From: an uncultured virus (IMG/VR IMGVR_UViG_3300045131_000274)
Lineage: Duplodnaviria; Heunggongvirae; Uroviricota; Caudoviricetes
IMG/VR virus record: IMGVR_UViG_3300045131_000274
Reading direction: 5' to 3' (one strand)
Length of the DNA: 64,000 nucleotides
The translations under genes and the position numbers were made by a program. Below, piece after piece: positions 1 through 9,126 of the stretch; the stretch's first letter is position 1; every line of letters begins with the position of its first letter. The notes under the pieces are model-generated. The model did not search any database. It was given only the letters and a program-made list of their open reading frames with translations, and had not been told where the DNA came from.

Positions 1-285
1 GCCCATAGGCCGCTGAGCCATCTGCTGACTCTGCATCATTCGTTGCTGGGCTTGTTGCAAACCCATCAGTCCAGCCTTCTGTTCAATCTGTTCTTTTACA
101 CTGGGTTGCGGGCCCTGGACGCCGCCTTGCATAGCCCGCATTTTTTGCTCACGCTGCATCTGTGCCTGTATTTCGCCCGTTGCCAGCCAAGGCGGAATCA
201 AATCAGGGGCAAATCCATCAGCAAATTTTTGTAATTGTGCTGGGCCCATGCCCTTGGCAAGCTCTTGTGCTTTAACGAGATTCAT
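1..285 (-). CDS. 5' part of a Gln/Met-rich probable internal virion protein (runs off the window edge)
   Basis: ATG at 285 with GAGGGTG upstream, just after the stop at 295. Open to position 1: MNLVKAQELAKGMGPAQLQKFADG...QQMAQRPMG. Not in the ORF track. Confidence 0.75.
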   Translation of the reverse strand, partial: MNLVKAQELAKGMGPAQLQKFADGFAPDLIPPWLATGEIQAQMQREQKMRAMQGGVQGPQPSVKEQIEQKAGLMGLQQAQQRMMQSQQMAQRPMG

Positions 286-294
286 ATTTCACCC

Positions 295-2277
295 TCAAGG
301 AGTTTTAATGCCAAGGTTGGCCAAAGTTTTATACAAAGAAGCTAAGCCTGCAACATCAGTTTGCATTTTAGAAATAGCATCCTGGTTAACAGCAGTAGTA
401 GAGGCTCCAGTAGGCAAGCCTTCAACCAACTTACGCTGGAATTCCACCATGTTAAATGGATATGCTTGTTGTTGCTCAAATTGAGCCTTGTCTGCCGCAA
501 TGCCTTCGCCTTCAATGGCGCGCTGCGTTTGACCGGCCGACATCAAATCTGACAAGGACTTCAAACCATAGTCAGCACTGTACTGGCGGGAAGCTTCGGT
601 CGCCCTTTGAGTATCTAGGCCGCGCCCCTGCTCAGTATTGAACTGACCCATCGCAGTGTCATACGCCTTGTTGTAGCCTGCGCCCGTAATGCCTGCCAAG
701 TTAGCGCCTAGAGCACGTTGTGTTTCCGCATCCATAATGGCTTGACGGCTACCGCCAAACGCACCGGCTTGCGTCATTTTGGCAGCGTTACCCATCTGCG
801 TGATCTGGGACTGCCTACGTGCCTCATCAATCTGCGGCTGCAAAGCAGACATCAAGTATGGGTTCATGTACTTGTTAGCTTCAGCCGCGCCAAACGTACC
901 GCTGGTAAACGTTGTAGGTTGGAAGCCGCCTGCCGCCACATCACTAATGCCGGCAAAGCCTTGCTGCTGTAAGTCAGAAGCGCCTGCTGTTAATGGCCCA
1001 CCATAAGTTTGTTGGGGCGCATTAGCCAAAGCCGCGCCCTGCCCCAAGAAATTGGTAATGTAATCACCAGCCCACGGGGAAAGAGTAGATGTTTTAGATG
1101 TATCCAAAGGTACGCCACCCGCAGATGTGGGCGTAGGAGACACCGCGCTACCAGTAGTTCCGTTAAATCCTTTAACGCTTCCACCGCCTGCATACGCAGC
1201 AGCCAAGCCACCAGGCATAAACTTGTCAGGGTTGATCTTCTTGCCCTGCTTTTCATTGCCTGTACGTGCTTTACGAATGCGGGACATCATCTGATATAAC
1301 TTGTCTGCGCCAGCTTCTGAGTTACCGTTCCCAAGGTGGGAGACAACGTCAGCCGGAATAACAAACTCACCGTGACTCAAGGCCGCTGGTTGCTTACCAT
1401 CGATATTGGCGGGGATGCGGTCAGCCATACCATCTGTCCCACCTTGTAAATACCTAGCAGAAGCAATACCGCCAGACGCCATGCCAATTTTGTAGTTAGG
1501 ATCCATAAGTTGCTCTTTGGTTGGTATGGCAGCTAAGCCAACAGGCTGGGTTGTAACCGTAGTAGTGCCGGTTTTAGCTGGCTCTGTTGGGTTCCACGGC
1601 ATCTTCATTGTTGTGTCGTAAGTATTTACAGGCGCCGTATATTTAGGGACGGCCGCCAAAATACCAGCGGCTTGGGCGGCGGATGCTTGCTTAGCCGCTT
1701 CTAATGCAGCTGCATCACCCTGCTTTACAAAACGTGGGTCAGTAAAGTACTGGCGACCTGCCGCACCTGGACGGCGGTTGGGGTCGTTATACATAATCTG
1801 CTCCCGCACCGCATCCATCTTGGGAACTGGTACGTTGTAGCCACCTTCGTCTTTGTTGGTCGCCAGCTTATAGGCGCCAATGCCAGCGGTTAACAATTTT
1901 GCGGGGTCAAATTTGCCGTTAGTTTTGAGCAAGTCAAGCGCTTTAGAGCCGTATTTTTTTACATAGCTCAGCAGGGCGTTATCGCCGCCAGCAAAGTTTC
2001 CGGCCTTGTCTGTGAACCCGCCCTTTTCTGTGTTGTATGTAAAGTCAGTGCCCGTGCTATCTTTAAAAGTTAAATTGCCAGAGTCGTCTAACTTGTAGGC
2101 GTTGCCACGCTCGTCTTGCAAAAACCCTTGTCCCGCCAAAGCTTCGGCTTCAGTCAGGTCATAATCTTGTGACTCGCCTCCGGTAAAGTCAACAGTAGTT
2201 ACAGTGCCGTCTTCGTAGGTATATGTTTCTTCTTCGCCCGTATCAGGGTTGATAACCGTTTCGGTAATTAGTGCCAT
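295..2277 (-). CDS. Probable internal virion/ejection protein (660 aa)
   Basis: Ala/Gly/Gln-rich and downstream of the nozzle gene. Contains MASGG...ADRIPA...LSHGEFVIPADVV and AGAFGGSRQ segments typical of podophage DNA-transfer proteins. Confidence 0.7.
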   Translation of the reverse strand: MALITETVINPDTGEEETYTYEDGTVTTVDFTGGESQDYDLTEAEALAGQGFLQDERGNAYKLDDSGNLTFKDSTGTDFTYNTEKGGFTDKAGNFAGGDNALLSYVKKYGSKALDLLKTNGKFDPAKLLTAGIGAYKLATNKDEGGYNVPVPKMDAVREQIMYNDPNRRPGAAGRQYFTDPRFVKQGDAAALEAAKQASAAQAAGILAAVPKYTAPVNTYDTTMKMPWNPTEPAKTGTTTVTTQPVGLAAIPTKEQLMDPNYKIGMASGGIASARYLQGGTDGMADRIPANIDGKQPAALSHGEFVIPADVVSHLGNGNSEAGADKLYQMMSRIRKARTGNEKQGKKINPDKFMPGGLAAAYAGGGSVKGFNGTTGSAVSPTPTSAGGVPLDTSKTSTLSPWAGDYITNFLGQGAALANAPQQTYGGPLTAGASDLQQQGFAGISDVAAGGFQPTTFTSGTFGAAEANKYMNPYLMSALQPQIDEARRQSQITQMGNAAKMTQAGAFGGSRQAIMDAETQRALGANLAGITGAGYNKAYDTAMGQFNTEQGRGLDTQRATEASRQYSADYGLKSLSDLMSAGQTQRAIEGEGIAADKAQFEQQQAYPFNMVEFQRKLVEGLPTGASTTAVNQDAISKMQTDVAGLASLYKTLANLGIKTP

Positions 2278-2286
2278 CTTGAGTCC

Positions 2287-4638
2287 TTAGCGTAGTAGTT
2301 TTAGCAGATCGTCCACCGTCATCTGCTCCGCCAGCAGGTCATCAAGGTGCCCGCCGGTAGCCATTTTAGTCTTATCCTTTGATTTCTTGGTATCTTTTTT
2401 TACGGGTTCTTCTGCCAAAAGTTCCTGCAAAGTTGCCAACAAATTAAAGTCACTCATGCCACCTGCGTAAACAGGTTCATTTGTTTCAGTAGCCCCGTAA
2501 TATCCTGACGGTGTATATACGGGAGTTGTAGTTGGTATCACAACCGGCGGCTTGACCACGGGTGGCTTTACGACGGGCGGCTTCACCACCGGCGGGTTTA
2601 CCACGGGCGTTGTAACAATAGGAACGCATTGTTTTAAGTCTTCGTCATATACAAAACCCGGTTGGCATTTCTTATCGGTAACGACAAGTTCTTCAATATC
2701 ATCATTCCCAGTGCCGCCCGTGACTGTGTCTTCCGTAGTTTGAATGGGTACACATTGCTTTAGGTCTTCGTCATACACATAGCCGGGATTGCATTTTTTA
2801 TCTGTAACGACAAGTTCTTCAACAGTGTCATTCCCTGTACCGCCTGTGACTGAGTCATTGCCTGTGCCGCCTGTAACCGAGTCGCCCCCACCAGTGATGG
2901 TGTCATTGCCAGCGCCGCCCGTTACGGTTACGGTTTCAAGGCCGTCACCACCTGTAGGTATGATTGGGCCTTCGTCCAGACCTGTGGTGTCATTGCCAGT
3001 ACCGCCTGTAATTGAGTCATTGCCCGTACCGCCCGTTACAGTTACGGTTTCAAGGCCATCGTTCCCTGTACCGCCTGTAGGTATGATTGGGCCTTCGTCC
3101 AGACCTGTGGTGTCCGTAGGTCTACCACCAGTTACAACTACTTCACCCTTGTCATCTATTTTGGTCGGTACAAAATCATTGTCAGTGGGTAAATAGTCAA
3201 GCGGCTTACCACCTTTTACAACAACGGTGTCATCCGTAGCGTTAACCATATCCAAGATGTCTTGGTTACTCAGGCCGCTATCTTTAGCAGTGTCAGTGCC
3301 AAGGGAATCAATATAGTCCAGAATTGAATTTAAATCCGTAGTGTCTGCGCCAGTTGTGCCGGACGTGTCGGTAGGGGTTGTAGTTTCTGTTGTAGTTTCG
3401 GTAACATTACCGCCCATGTCGTCGCCAGTACGCCCGCTAGTGGTCAGGCTGTTAAGCAACCTCATGTCTTTTCTAAAGTCAGCCAAACCTTGCACACCAC
3501 CATCTTGGTACGCTTGCAATTCACCGGGTTGGTTTCTTAGTTTTAGTTCTGCTAAGTCTTCGTCAGACAAAGTGGTAATTGCGGGCTCGGTACTAGATGC
3601 AACTCCGCTAGAGCCATAAGTTTTAGCTAATCCAGTAACAGCATCAAAGATTTGTTTATCGTTACCGCTACCCAAAGCTTGAACAGTGTTTAAACCTTTA
3701 AGCACATCATTTAAAGATATGCCAGTGTCGCCAATTTGAGTACTACCTACAGAAGGAGCAAAAAGATTGGCAGCACCTGCTAAGTTTGGATTCTGTGCCA
3801 AATTAATAGCTTTGTTAACATCACCAAGCGTAATGCCTGTATCACCTAATTTCATTGCGCCAGCACTGCTTACACCGCCTTTTAATGCGCCTGCAAGAAT
3901 ATCTTGATCTGTTAAAGCGGCATTTACACCACCTGCTAAAGCACCACCAGCACCCGCTGCCGCTTGGCCCGTTAAGCCAAACAAACTATTGCCAAGCATT
4001 GCCCCGCCGCCACCCATAGTCATTGCGGCCATAATCATTGGGCCAAAAGTATCCCAAAATGTATCTGCTTTTTGTGATTTTTGTGAACCTTGAAAGACAC
4101 CTTCTGGATCATAAAAATAATCCATGCCATCTTTTGACTGCATAAAACCACTTAAAACTGCATCACCATAAATAGGGGTGGCATCCATGCCTTGGCCCTC
4201 GTATCCAATAATAGGTCGGTCTTCTCTTGCCGAAAAACCTCCGCCTAAATCATTGGTAAGGTAATCAATAACGTCCCCAGCATCACCAGATTGTGTAATA
4301 CGTTGTGTTGTTGCGCCTTTTTCGGCGTACATTTTTTTAAGATCAGCCAATGTTGGAGCGGCTTCAGCAACCGGTTGCTGTACTACTGCAGGTTGTTCGG
4401 TAGTTGAAGAAATTAATTCTTCATTTGTTGTAGGGGTACTAACATCCGGCGCAAATTGTTGCGCGTAATAGTCAGTTACTTGGGTGGGTGCAATCTGATA
4501 CCTGTTGGCAATCATATCTGCCAAGCCAGCATTAGCATCTAATCCACCAGCACCCTTTACCGCTTCAGCAACTTGTTCAGCCGTAGCAGTTGGGTTCTGG
4601 GAAAACCACCAGTCAACTTGTTCTTGTGTTAATGCCAT
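2287..4638 (-). CDS. Probable internal virion/ejection protein, acidic and repeat-rich
   Basis: Likely start MALTQEQ at 4638 (TAATG overlap). Has a Gly/Ala hydrophobic segment, GGTGND repeats, PPVVK repeats and a C-terminal MATGG. Confidence 0.65.
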   Translation of the reverse strand: MALTQEQVDWWFSQNPTATAEQVAEAVKGAGGLDANAGLADMIANRYQIAPTQVTDYYAQQFAPDVSTPTTNEELISSTTEQPAVVQQPVAEAAPTLADLKKMYAEKGATTQRITQSGDAGDVIDYLTNDLGGGFSAREDRPIIGYEGQGMDATPIYGDAVLSGFMQSKDGMDYFYDPEGVFQGSQKSQKADTFWDTFGPMIMAAMTMGGGGAMLGNSLFGLTGQAAAGAGGALAGGVNAALTDQDILAGALKGGVSSAGAMKLGDTGITLGDVNKAINLAQNPNLAGAANLFAPSVGSTQIGDTGISLNDVLKGLNTVQALGSGNDKQIFDAVTGLAKTYGSSGVASSTEPAITTLSDEDLAELKLRNQPGELQAYQDGGVQGLADFRKDMRLLNSLTTSGRTGDDMGGNVTETTTETTTPTDTSGTTGADTTDLNSILDYIDSLGTDTAKDSGLSNQDILDMVNATDDTVVVKGGKPLDYLPTDNDFVPTKIDDKGEVVVTGGRPTDTTGLDEGPIIPTGGTGNDGLETVTVTGGTGNDSITGGTGNDTTGLDEGPIIPTGGDGLETVTVTGGAGNDTITGGGDSVTGGTGNDSVTGGTGNDTVEELVVTDKKCNPGYVYDEDLKQCVPIQTTEDTVTGGTGNDDIEELVVTDKKCQPGFVYDEDLKQCVPIVTTPVVNPPVVKPPVVKPPVVKPPVVIPTTTPVYTPSGYYGATETNEPVYAGGMSDFNLLATLQELLAEEPVKKDTKKSKDKTKMATGGHLDDLLAEQMTVDDLLKLLR
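2530..3120. repeat. Intragenic tandem repeats (PPVVK; LDEGPIIPTGG x2; GGTGND; EELVVTDKKC..CVPI x2)
   Basis: Direct DNA repeats, e.g. cctgtaggtatgattgggccttcgtccagacctgtggtgtc near 2951 and 3074. Confidence 0.9.
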
Positions 4639-4988
4639 TATCCAACCTTCCAATTGGTTCCGTCAGAGTAGACGGGTGTAGCTACAGCACCACCACCAGC
4701 GACCGTTGCCCCAAAAGTAGGAGATGACGCATCCGTTACAAAAGACTTGGCACCTGCGCCAGATGTGGCCGCGCTTGGTAATGTGGCTACAGTGTAATTA
4801 GTTAATGGAAGCTGAATGCTTGATGTTTGTAGTTGATTTAAAATGGAATCAACCCTATTAAAATATAAACGAAGCACGTTGTTTACCTGCTCTTGGTAGC
4901 GGGAGTCATACACCGCAGGAGCAAGTGGCAAATTTGGCGACGCCGTTTGATTCAAGGCGTATTCTGAAGTAACGCTTAGTGTACTCAT
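4638..4988 (-). CDS. Small tail-associated structural protein
   Basis: 116 aa, translationally coupled to the nozzle gene. Ends in PVYSDGTNWKVG. Confidence 0.65.
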   Translation of the reverse strand: MSTLSVTSEYALNQTASPNLPLAPAVYDSRYQEQVNNVLRLYFNRVDSILNQLQTSSIQLPLTNYTVATLPSAATSGAGAKSFVTDASSPTFGATVAGGGAVATPVYSDGTNWKVG

Positions 4989-7399
4989 GAGTTACCCCTT
5001 CGGCCATCTTGTTTGATGTCAATACGTGGGCTACCTAACTGCCATGCACAACCAAGTTGGTTTGATTCAATTTGCAGAATCATCTGACGACCACGCACCC
5101 TGACATAGACCTGACCCGTAAACTGCTCAATCACTGCGGTAGATGTACGAACAACTGTGGCATCAGAGTTTCCACCTAAAGATATGGGATTGTTATACCC
5201 AGAGCCGGAGTTCTGCATGGGGATTAGCGTCATCGTAACTTGCGGCGAATCTATATTAGAACCACGGAATGTAATGTCTGGAAGCATGCGGTAAACAAAC
5301 CCAAAGTGGTCGCCGTCATCAATGTCAAACTCAGCAGAACTTATGATGGCGTTAATGGCTACAGGCGTTCCGGTTTCGTTATCATCAACGCCTTGCTCAT
5401 GGTTAACTAAGTTTTTAGTGTACGTAGCCGCCAAAGGATTAGCCCGCAAGCCAGAATCTAACCACGCTGTACGGCCCAAATCGCCGTAAGCCCACACGCC
5501 TTCACCATTATTTTCAAAGTAATTAAACGTGACGTATTTGTCAATGACAGTGCTGTTGGCAGAGCAGTAGAACCACCACACTTCGTTAAAGCCTTCATTG
5601 GTGCCAGAAAATACTTGTGCCGCTTGCCCAAAATTAATGTCTTGAAAAATGTGTTGACGCAAATCACAACGCAAAGTTTGTATACGTCCATCATATTTAT
5701 AAAACTTATCCACACCCATCCAATAAATAATACCGGATGCAATAATGGGTGAGTTAAGAGAAATAATTGAAATATTGTCGCCCAATAACTGGGTAGACCA
5801 TACGGATGGCGGGCCTTGATATTGCAACGAATACACGGACGCATCAGTAAACACAACAATTTCCTGACGGGTTTGCAATGCTGAAACGAATCGTGAGCCG
5901 TGAGACAATTTAGCGCTTCCAGCTTGATTGGTTGCGGAGGGCGTCCAATTTGTGGGGCTCTCTTGGTCAGACCAACGTATTAGCATAGGGTCTTGAATGG
6001 TGCTGCCATAGTCATTACAACCGAACGCAAACACAAAACGGCTAGCATCAGATACAAAAATAGAGTTTTGTATCGTAGGGACATCAGAAGCCCCAGATAG
6101 TTGCGTCAAAGGTATCCCGCGCAGTGATAACGTTTGAACACCAGACTGTGTGCCTGATGTGTTAATGACGGTAGAAAGAGTGTAAGTTAAGCCTGTCGGT
6201 GTACCAGCAGTTGTTACGACACCAGAGCCGCCCGATGTAGTGGACAACGTAAATGTTGTAGAGCCATTGGTTGCAATGATGTAGTACGTTGTGGGGTTGA
6301 CGTAACCTGTGATTGTGCCCGTACCGCCAAGCGTGCCGCTAATTGTAATTGACTGCCCAATAGACAGGGCAGGGGACATAGCTGTGCAAGAGAACTGCCC
6401 AGCAATACCCGTAATTGCTACACCACTAAGAGTAGTGGTAGCGCTGGACGCCACCGCAGATGTGCGCAAAGTAATTGTAGTCGTAGTCGGTACTGATGCT
6501 ACGTAATATGTGATGTTGGGGTATAAAGGCGTTGGTAAAGCACCCGTAGTATCCAGCTGGATTGCATCGCTAATTGACAACCCGTGCGGGGTTTGAAACG
6601 TTAACACCGCAGGTGCCGCAATAGTGATAGTAAAAATTTGTCCTGTTAACTGAGAACTTGCTCTCCAATAATAAATACCACCAGCCAAAGGTGCAAAAAT
6701 TAAGTCTTCGCCAAAATTGCTTTGTGTCCACAGACGCAAACTAGAAGCGTCAGGCAAACCTGTTCCCCAAAGTCCCAGCCCCCATCCACCAGCGCCCCAA
6801 CCGTTAAGCGGCACTTCAATTTCAGGCCCAATTGGGATTTGATAAGAAGCTATGACAGACGCGCCTCCGCCGGGGGAACCCGCCGTATCAGTTGCGTTAG
6901 CTGCTACTGCAACATTAATTGTGTAAGAGCTGGTATTAATAACTGTTACTTGGTATTCAGCGTTTAATACTGCCGCCGTAATATTACCTCCCAAGCCAAC
7001 TGCCCCATAAAACGTTACAAAATCGCCCGTGGCGGCTCCATGATCTGCATCAGTGACTGTAATAGTTTGTGAGCTTGTAGTGGCTACAAATGGATTGTTA
7101 CCAATTACAGAAGAAGCGCGTATGGGTGTAATGTCGTAATAAGCCCCGCCATTTTCAATGTAAAATTTTAAATTAGTACCAACGCCAATTAAATTTAAAA
7201 ACGATAGCGTTACCCAATTCCAAAGTGAGCGGCATATTCCTTGAAATACGTTTACGGAAATACGTGCCCACCCGCCAATTTTTTCAGGAGTGCCTTGGCG
7301 AAAACGCATTTTATCGGAAATGTACCAACCATTCTCATTGGTATACCGAGTGTTTTCTTTATTAACACCGGGTTTTAGGGTTAGTTTTTTAAGCGGCAT
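4985..7399 (-). CDS. Tail nozzle / stabilization protein (P22 gp10-like beta-propeller) with inserted Thr-rich domains
   Basis: 804 aa with IRWSDQE, YWMG.DKFY.YDG and EVWWFY motifs. Lies just upstream of the ejection genes. Confidence 0.75.
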   Translation of the reverse strand: MPLKKLTLKPGVNKENTRYTNENGWYISDKMRFRQGTPEKIGGWARISVNVFQGICRSLWNWVTLSFLNLIGVGTNLKFYIENGGAYYDITPIRASSVIGNNPFVATTSSQTITVTDADHGAATGDFVTFYGAVGLGGNITAAVLNAEYQVTVINTSSYTINVAVAANATDTAGSPGGGASVIASYQIPIGPEIEVPLNGWGAGGWGLGLWGTGLPDASSLRLWTQSNFGEDLIFAPLAGGIYYWRASSQLTGQIFTITIAAPAVLTFQTPHGLSISDAIQLDTTGALPTPLYPNITYYVASVPTTTTITLRTSAVASSATTTLSGVAITGIAGQFSCTAMSPALSIGQSITISGTLGGTGTITGYVNPTTYYIIATNGSTTFTLSTTSGGSGVVTTAGTPTGLTYTLSTVINTSGTQSGVQTLSLRGIPLTQLSGASDVPTIQNSIFVSDASRFVFAFGCNDYGSTIQDPMLIRWSDQESPTNWTPSATNQAGSAKLSHGSRFVSALQTRQEIVVFTDASVYSLQYQGPPSVWSTQLLGDNISIISLNSPIIASGIIYWMGVDKFYKYDGRIQTLRCDLRQHIFQDINFGQAAQVFSGTNEGFNEVWWFYCSANSTVIDKYVTFNYFENNGEGVWAYGDLGRTAWLDSGLRANPLAATYTKNLVNHEQGVDDNETGTPVAINAIISSAEFDIDDGDHFGFVYRMLPDITFRGSNIDSPQVTMTLIPMQNSGSGYNNPISLGGNSDATVVRTSTAVIEQFTGQVYVRVRGRQMILQIESNQLGCAWQLGSPRIDIKQDGRRGNS

Positions 7400-7408
7400 G
7401 GGCTACCT

Positions 7409-7846
7409 TTATTTGCTGGCAACGCCTTTGGTCTTCTCAAAAGAACGCATACCGGCAATGCCCAAGATGCCTGATAATATCACCCAAAGCTGGTCTGCGT
7501 CTAGTACCGGAGGGGGATCCATGCCAACAGGAACCCAGCCCATAGCTTGCAGGTATTTCCATGCCCACTGAAACAAAGGGTAAAGCAAAAACTGATAGCC
7601 CATAGCTGCTACACCGATCCACCCGATGGCTGGCCTCCAGCCTGAAACAAACACATTAGATGACGCAGCTTCGATCTTGTTGACTTCAATCTGCGCTAGG
7701 TCTGTGGCTTGGTCAATGCGCTTCTCTTCCAGATCGAGCTTACGTTGCTCAATCTCCATTTCCATCTTTTCTTTGTCGGTGGTAATCAGGTCGCCAGCAA
7801 CCTTACCAACAGCTTCAATAATTGATCCAACGGCAAGCAAGCTCAT
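7409..7846 (-). CDS. Holin-like membrane protein (3TM/GTA holin type)
   Basis: SGWRPAIGW motif, hydrophobic segments and LGIAGMRSFEK tail. ATGA overlap with the endolysin stop. Confidence 0.75.
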   Translation of the reverse strand: MSLLAVGSIIEAVGKVAGDLITTDKEKMEMEIEQRKLDLEEKRIDQATDLAQIEVNKIEAASSNVFVSGWRPAIGWIGVAAMGYQFLLYPLFQWAWKYLQAMGWVPVGMDPPPVLDADQLWVILSGILGIAGMRSFEKTKGVASK

Positions 7847-8358
7847 TTCAAACCTTTCAATGTACGGTTCAGCCAACCCTTCAGGAACTTAACCTGCACG
7901 GGGTTCTTGTTGCATATCTCTACGTACCGGGCAATCTTGGCTAAAGCGTACTGCTCTTTAAACCGCTGGCCGTCAGGTATCTGATTGAGTTTTTCAACAG
8001 TCTTTGCCCCAATACCGCCGTCCGGCGTAGCACCGACAACCAACTGGGCCAGCTTAACCGCCATGCCCATGCCAGCGTTGACACCAAAGTTAAAGATGGT
8101 GTTGGCTACGTCTTGGTTTGCGATCTCGTTACCGCGCATCTTGTCCCAGAACTCCACACGGTAGAACTCACGCACCATAGGTGTCAAAGAGCCTCCCATT
8201 TCTTTCTTATCTACCAGCGCCCAACCGGGCCACTGGGGGTTTTTGTTACGGGCAATGCCAGCGTAGGTCATACCGCCCGTGTCGCCGGGAACTTCATGGA
8301 GGACGTAGCCGCCCTCGTCAGCCATCATCAACTCAAAAGCAGGTTCAAACTGGGCCAT
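7843..8358 (-). CDS. Endolysin, glycoside hydrolase family 108 with C-terminal PG-binding region
   Basis: EGGY...GDTGGMTYAGI catalytic motif and FLKGWLNR C-terminus. Confidence 0.9.
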   Translation of the reverse strand: MAQFEPAFELMMADEGGYVLHEVPGDTGGMTYAGIARNKNPQWPGWALVDKKEMGGSLTPMVREFYRVEFWDKMRGNEIANQDVANTIFNFGVNAGMGMAVKLAQLVVGATPDGGIGAKTVEKLNQIPDGQRFKEQYALAKIARYVEICNKNPVQVKFLKGWLNRTLKGLK

Positions 8359-8368
8359 TTATAGTCCT

Positions 8369-8980
8369 TTACTGTTTGCTTTTACTAAGCATGTTACTGG
8401 CAATCTGTAGCATTCCCATCGCCTTGGTTAAGTCCTTGGGTTCTTTATCCCAACCCACCGTAATCTGGCCAACAAACCTACCCTGCTCTGGGGGCACACT
8501 GACACGGCATCCAAACTTCACACCTTTGTCAATGTACCAAAGCCCAATCTCACTCTGAGGCACGTTGTATTCACTGCAAGGAATCTCATTAGCCATCAAA
8601 GCTACAACGTCACGATTGTTTGCGGAACTCTGTGTAAACAGCCCTACATCCAAACCTTCGTGCGTTCTTTCCCTACCCTCGCGGGTGTATGCACGATACA
8701 AAATCCTTGTCCCAAACAATGGGTTAACTTTAAAGATAGCGACTACCGTGGCATTGGTGTTTTTAAACAGGTGCGCTGCAACATCTTCTGCCCTGTCTTC
8801 TGCAATAGCGGGTAGCTTCTTGTTTTCTTTATACGCTTCAAATAGGAACGCTTGGTTCTGCCAAATGAAATACCCAGAGAAAGCAAACACCGCCATGAGC
8901 ACCAGCGCAAATAGTTTAAACGGGCTATCCACATAGGACAGCACCTTGCTTAGAACGTCTGCTGGCTTTTCGTCACTCAC
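8369..8980 (-). CDS. Single-TM protein with a GAF-like soluble domain (T4 holin-like architecture)
   Basis: N-terminal TM (LFALVLMAVFAFSGYFIW), then a two-Cys domain ending CRVSVPP..GRFVGQITVGW plus a helix. Adjacent to the endolysin. Confidence 0.5.
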   Translation of the reverse strand: MSDEKPADVLSKVLSYVDSPFKLFALVLMAVFAFSGYFIWQNQAFLFEAYKENKKLPAIAEDRAEDVAAHLFKNTNATVVAIFKVNPLFGTRILYRAYTREGRERTHEGLDVGLFTQSSANNRDVVALMANEIPCSEYNVPQSEIGLWYIDKGVKFGCRVSVPPEQGRFVGQITVGWDKEPKDLTKAMGMLQIASNMLSKSKQ

Positions 8981-9126
8981 AATCCCATCCTTCCAAGTAG
9001 CGCATTCACAATGCGGTCTGATATAAAGTTTGGCAACACTGTAATCACATCCAGAAACAAGTTAGCCGCCCACCATGCACCAACAATCTTGAACGCCATG
9101 TCTGCTTGCTTCTGGTACTCATTCAC
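8977..9126 (-). CDS. Small hydrophobic protein (49 aa)
   Basis: GTG start, GTGA overlaps at both ends: MNEYQKQADMAFKIVGAWWAANLFLDVITVLPNFISDRIVNALLGRMGL. Below the ORF-track cutoff. Confidence 0.65.
   Translation of the reverse strand: MNEYQKQADMAFKIVGAWWAANLFLDVITVLPNFISDRIVNALLGRMGL

Noticed and set aside
2700..3070. RTX toxin / type I secreted protein
   Set aside because: The GGxGxD repeats are irregular, no T1SS genes are present, and the gene lies in the virion operon.
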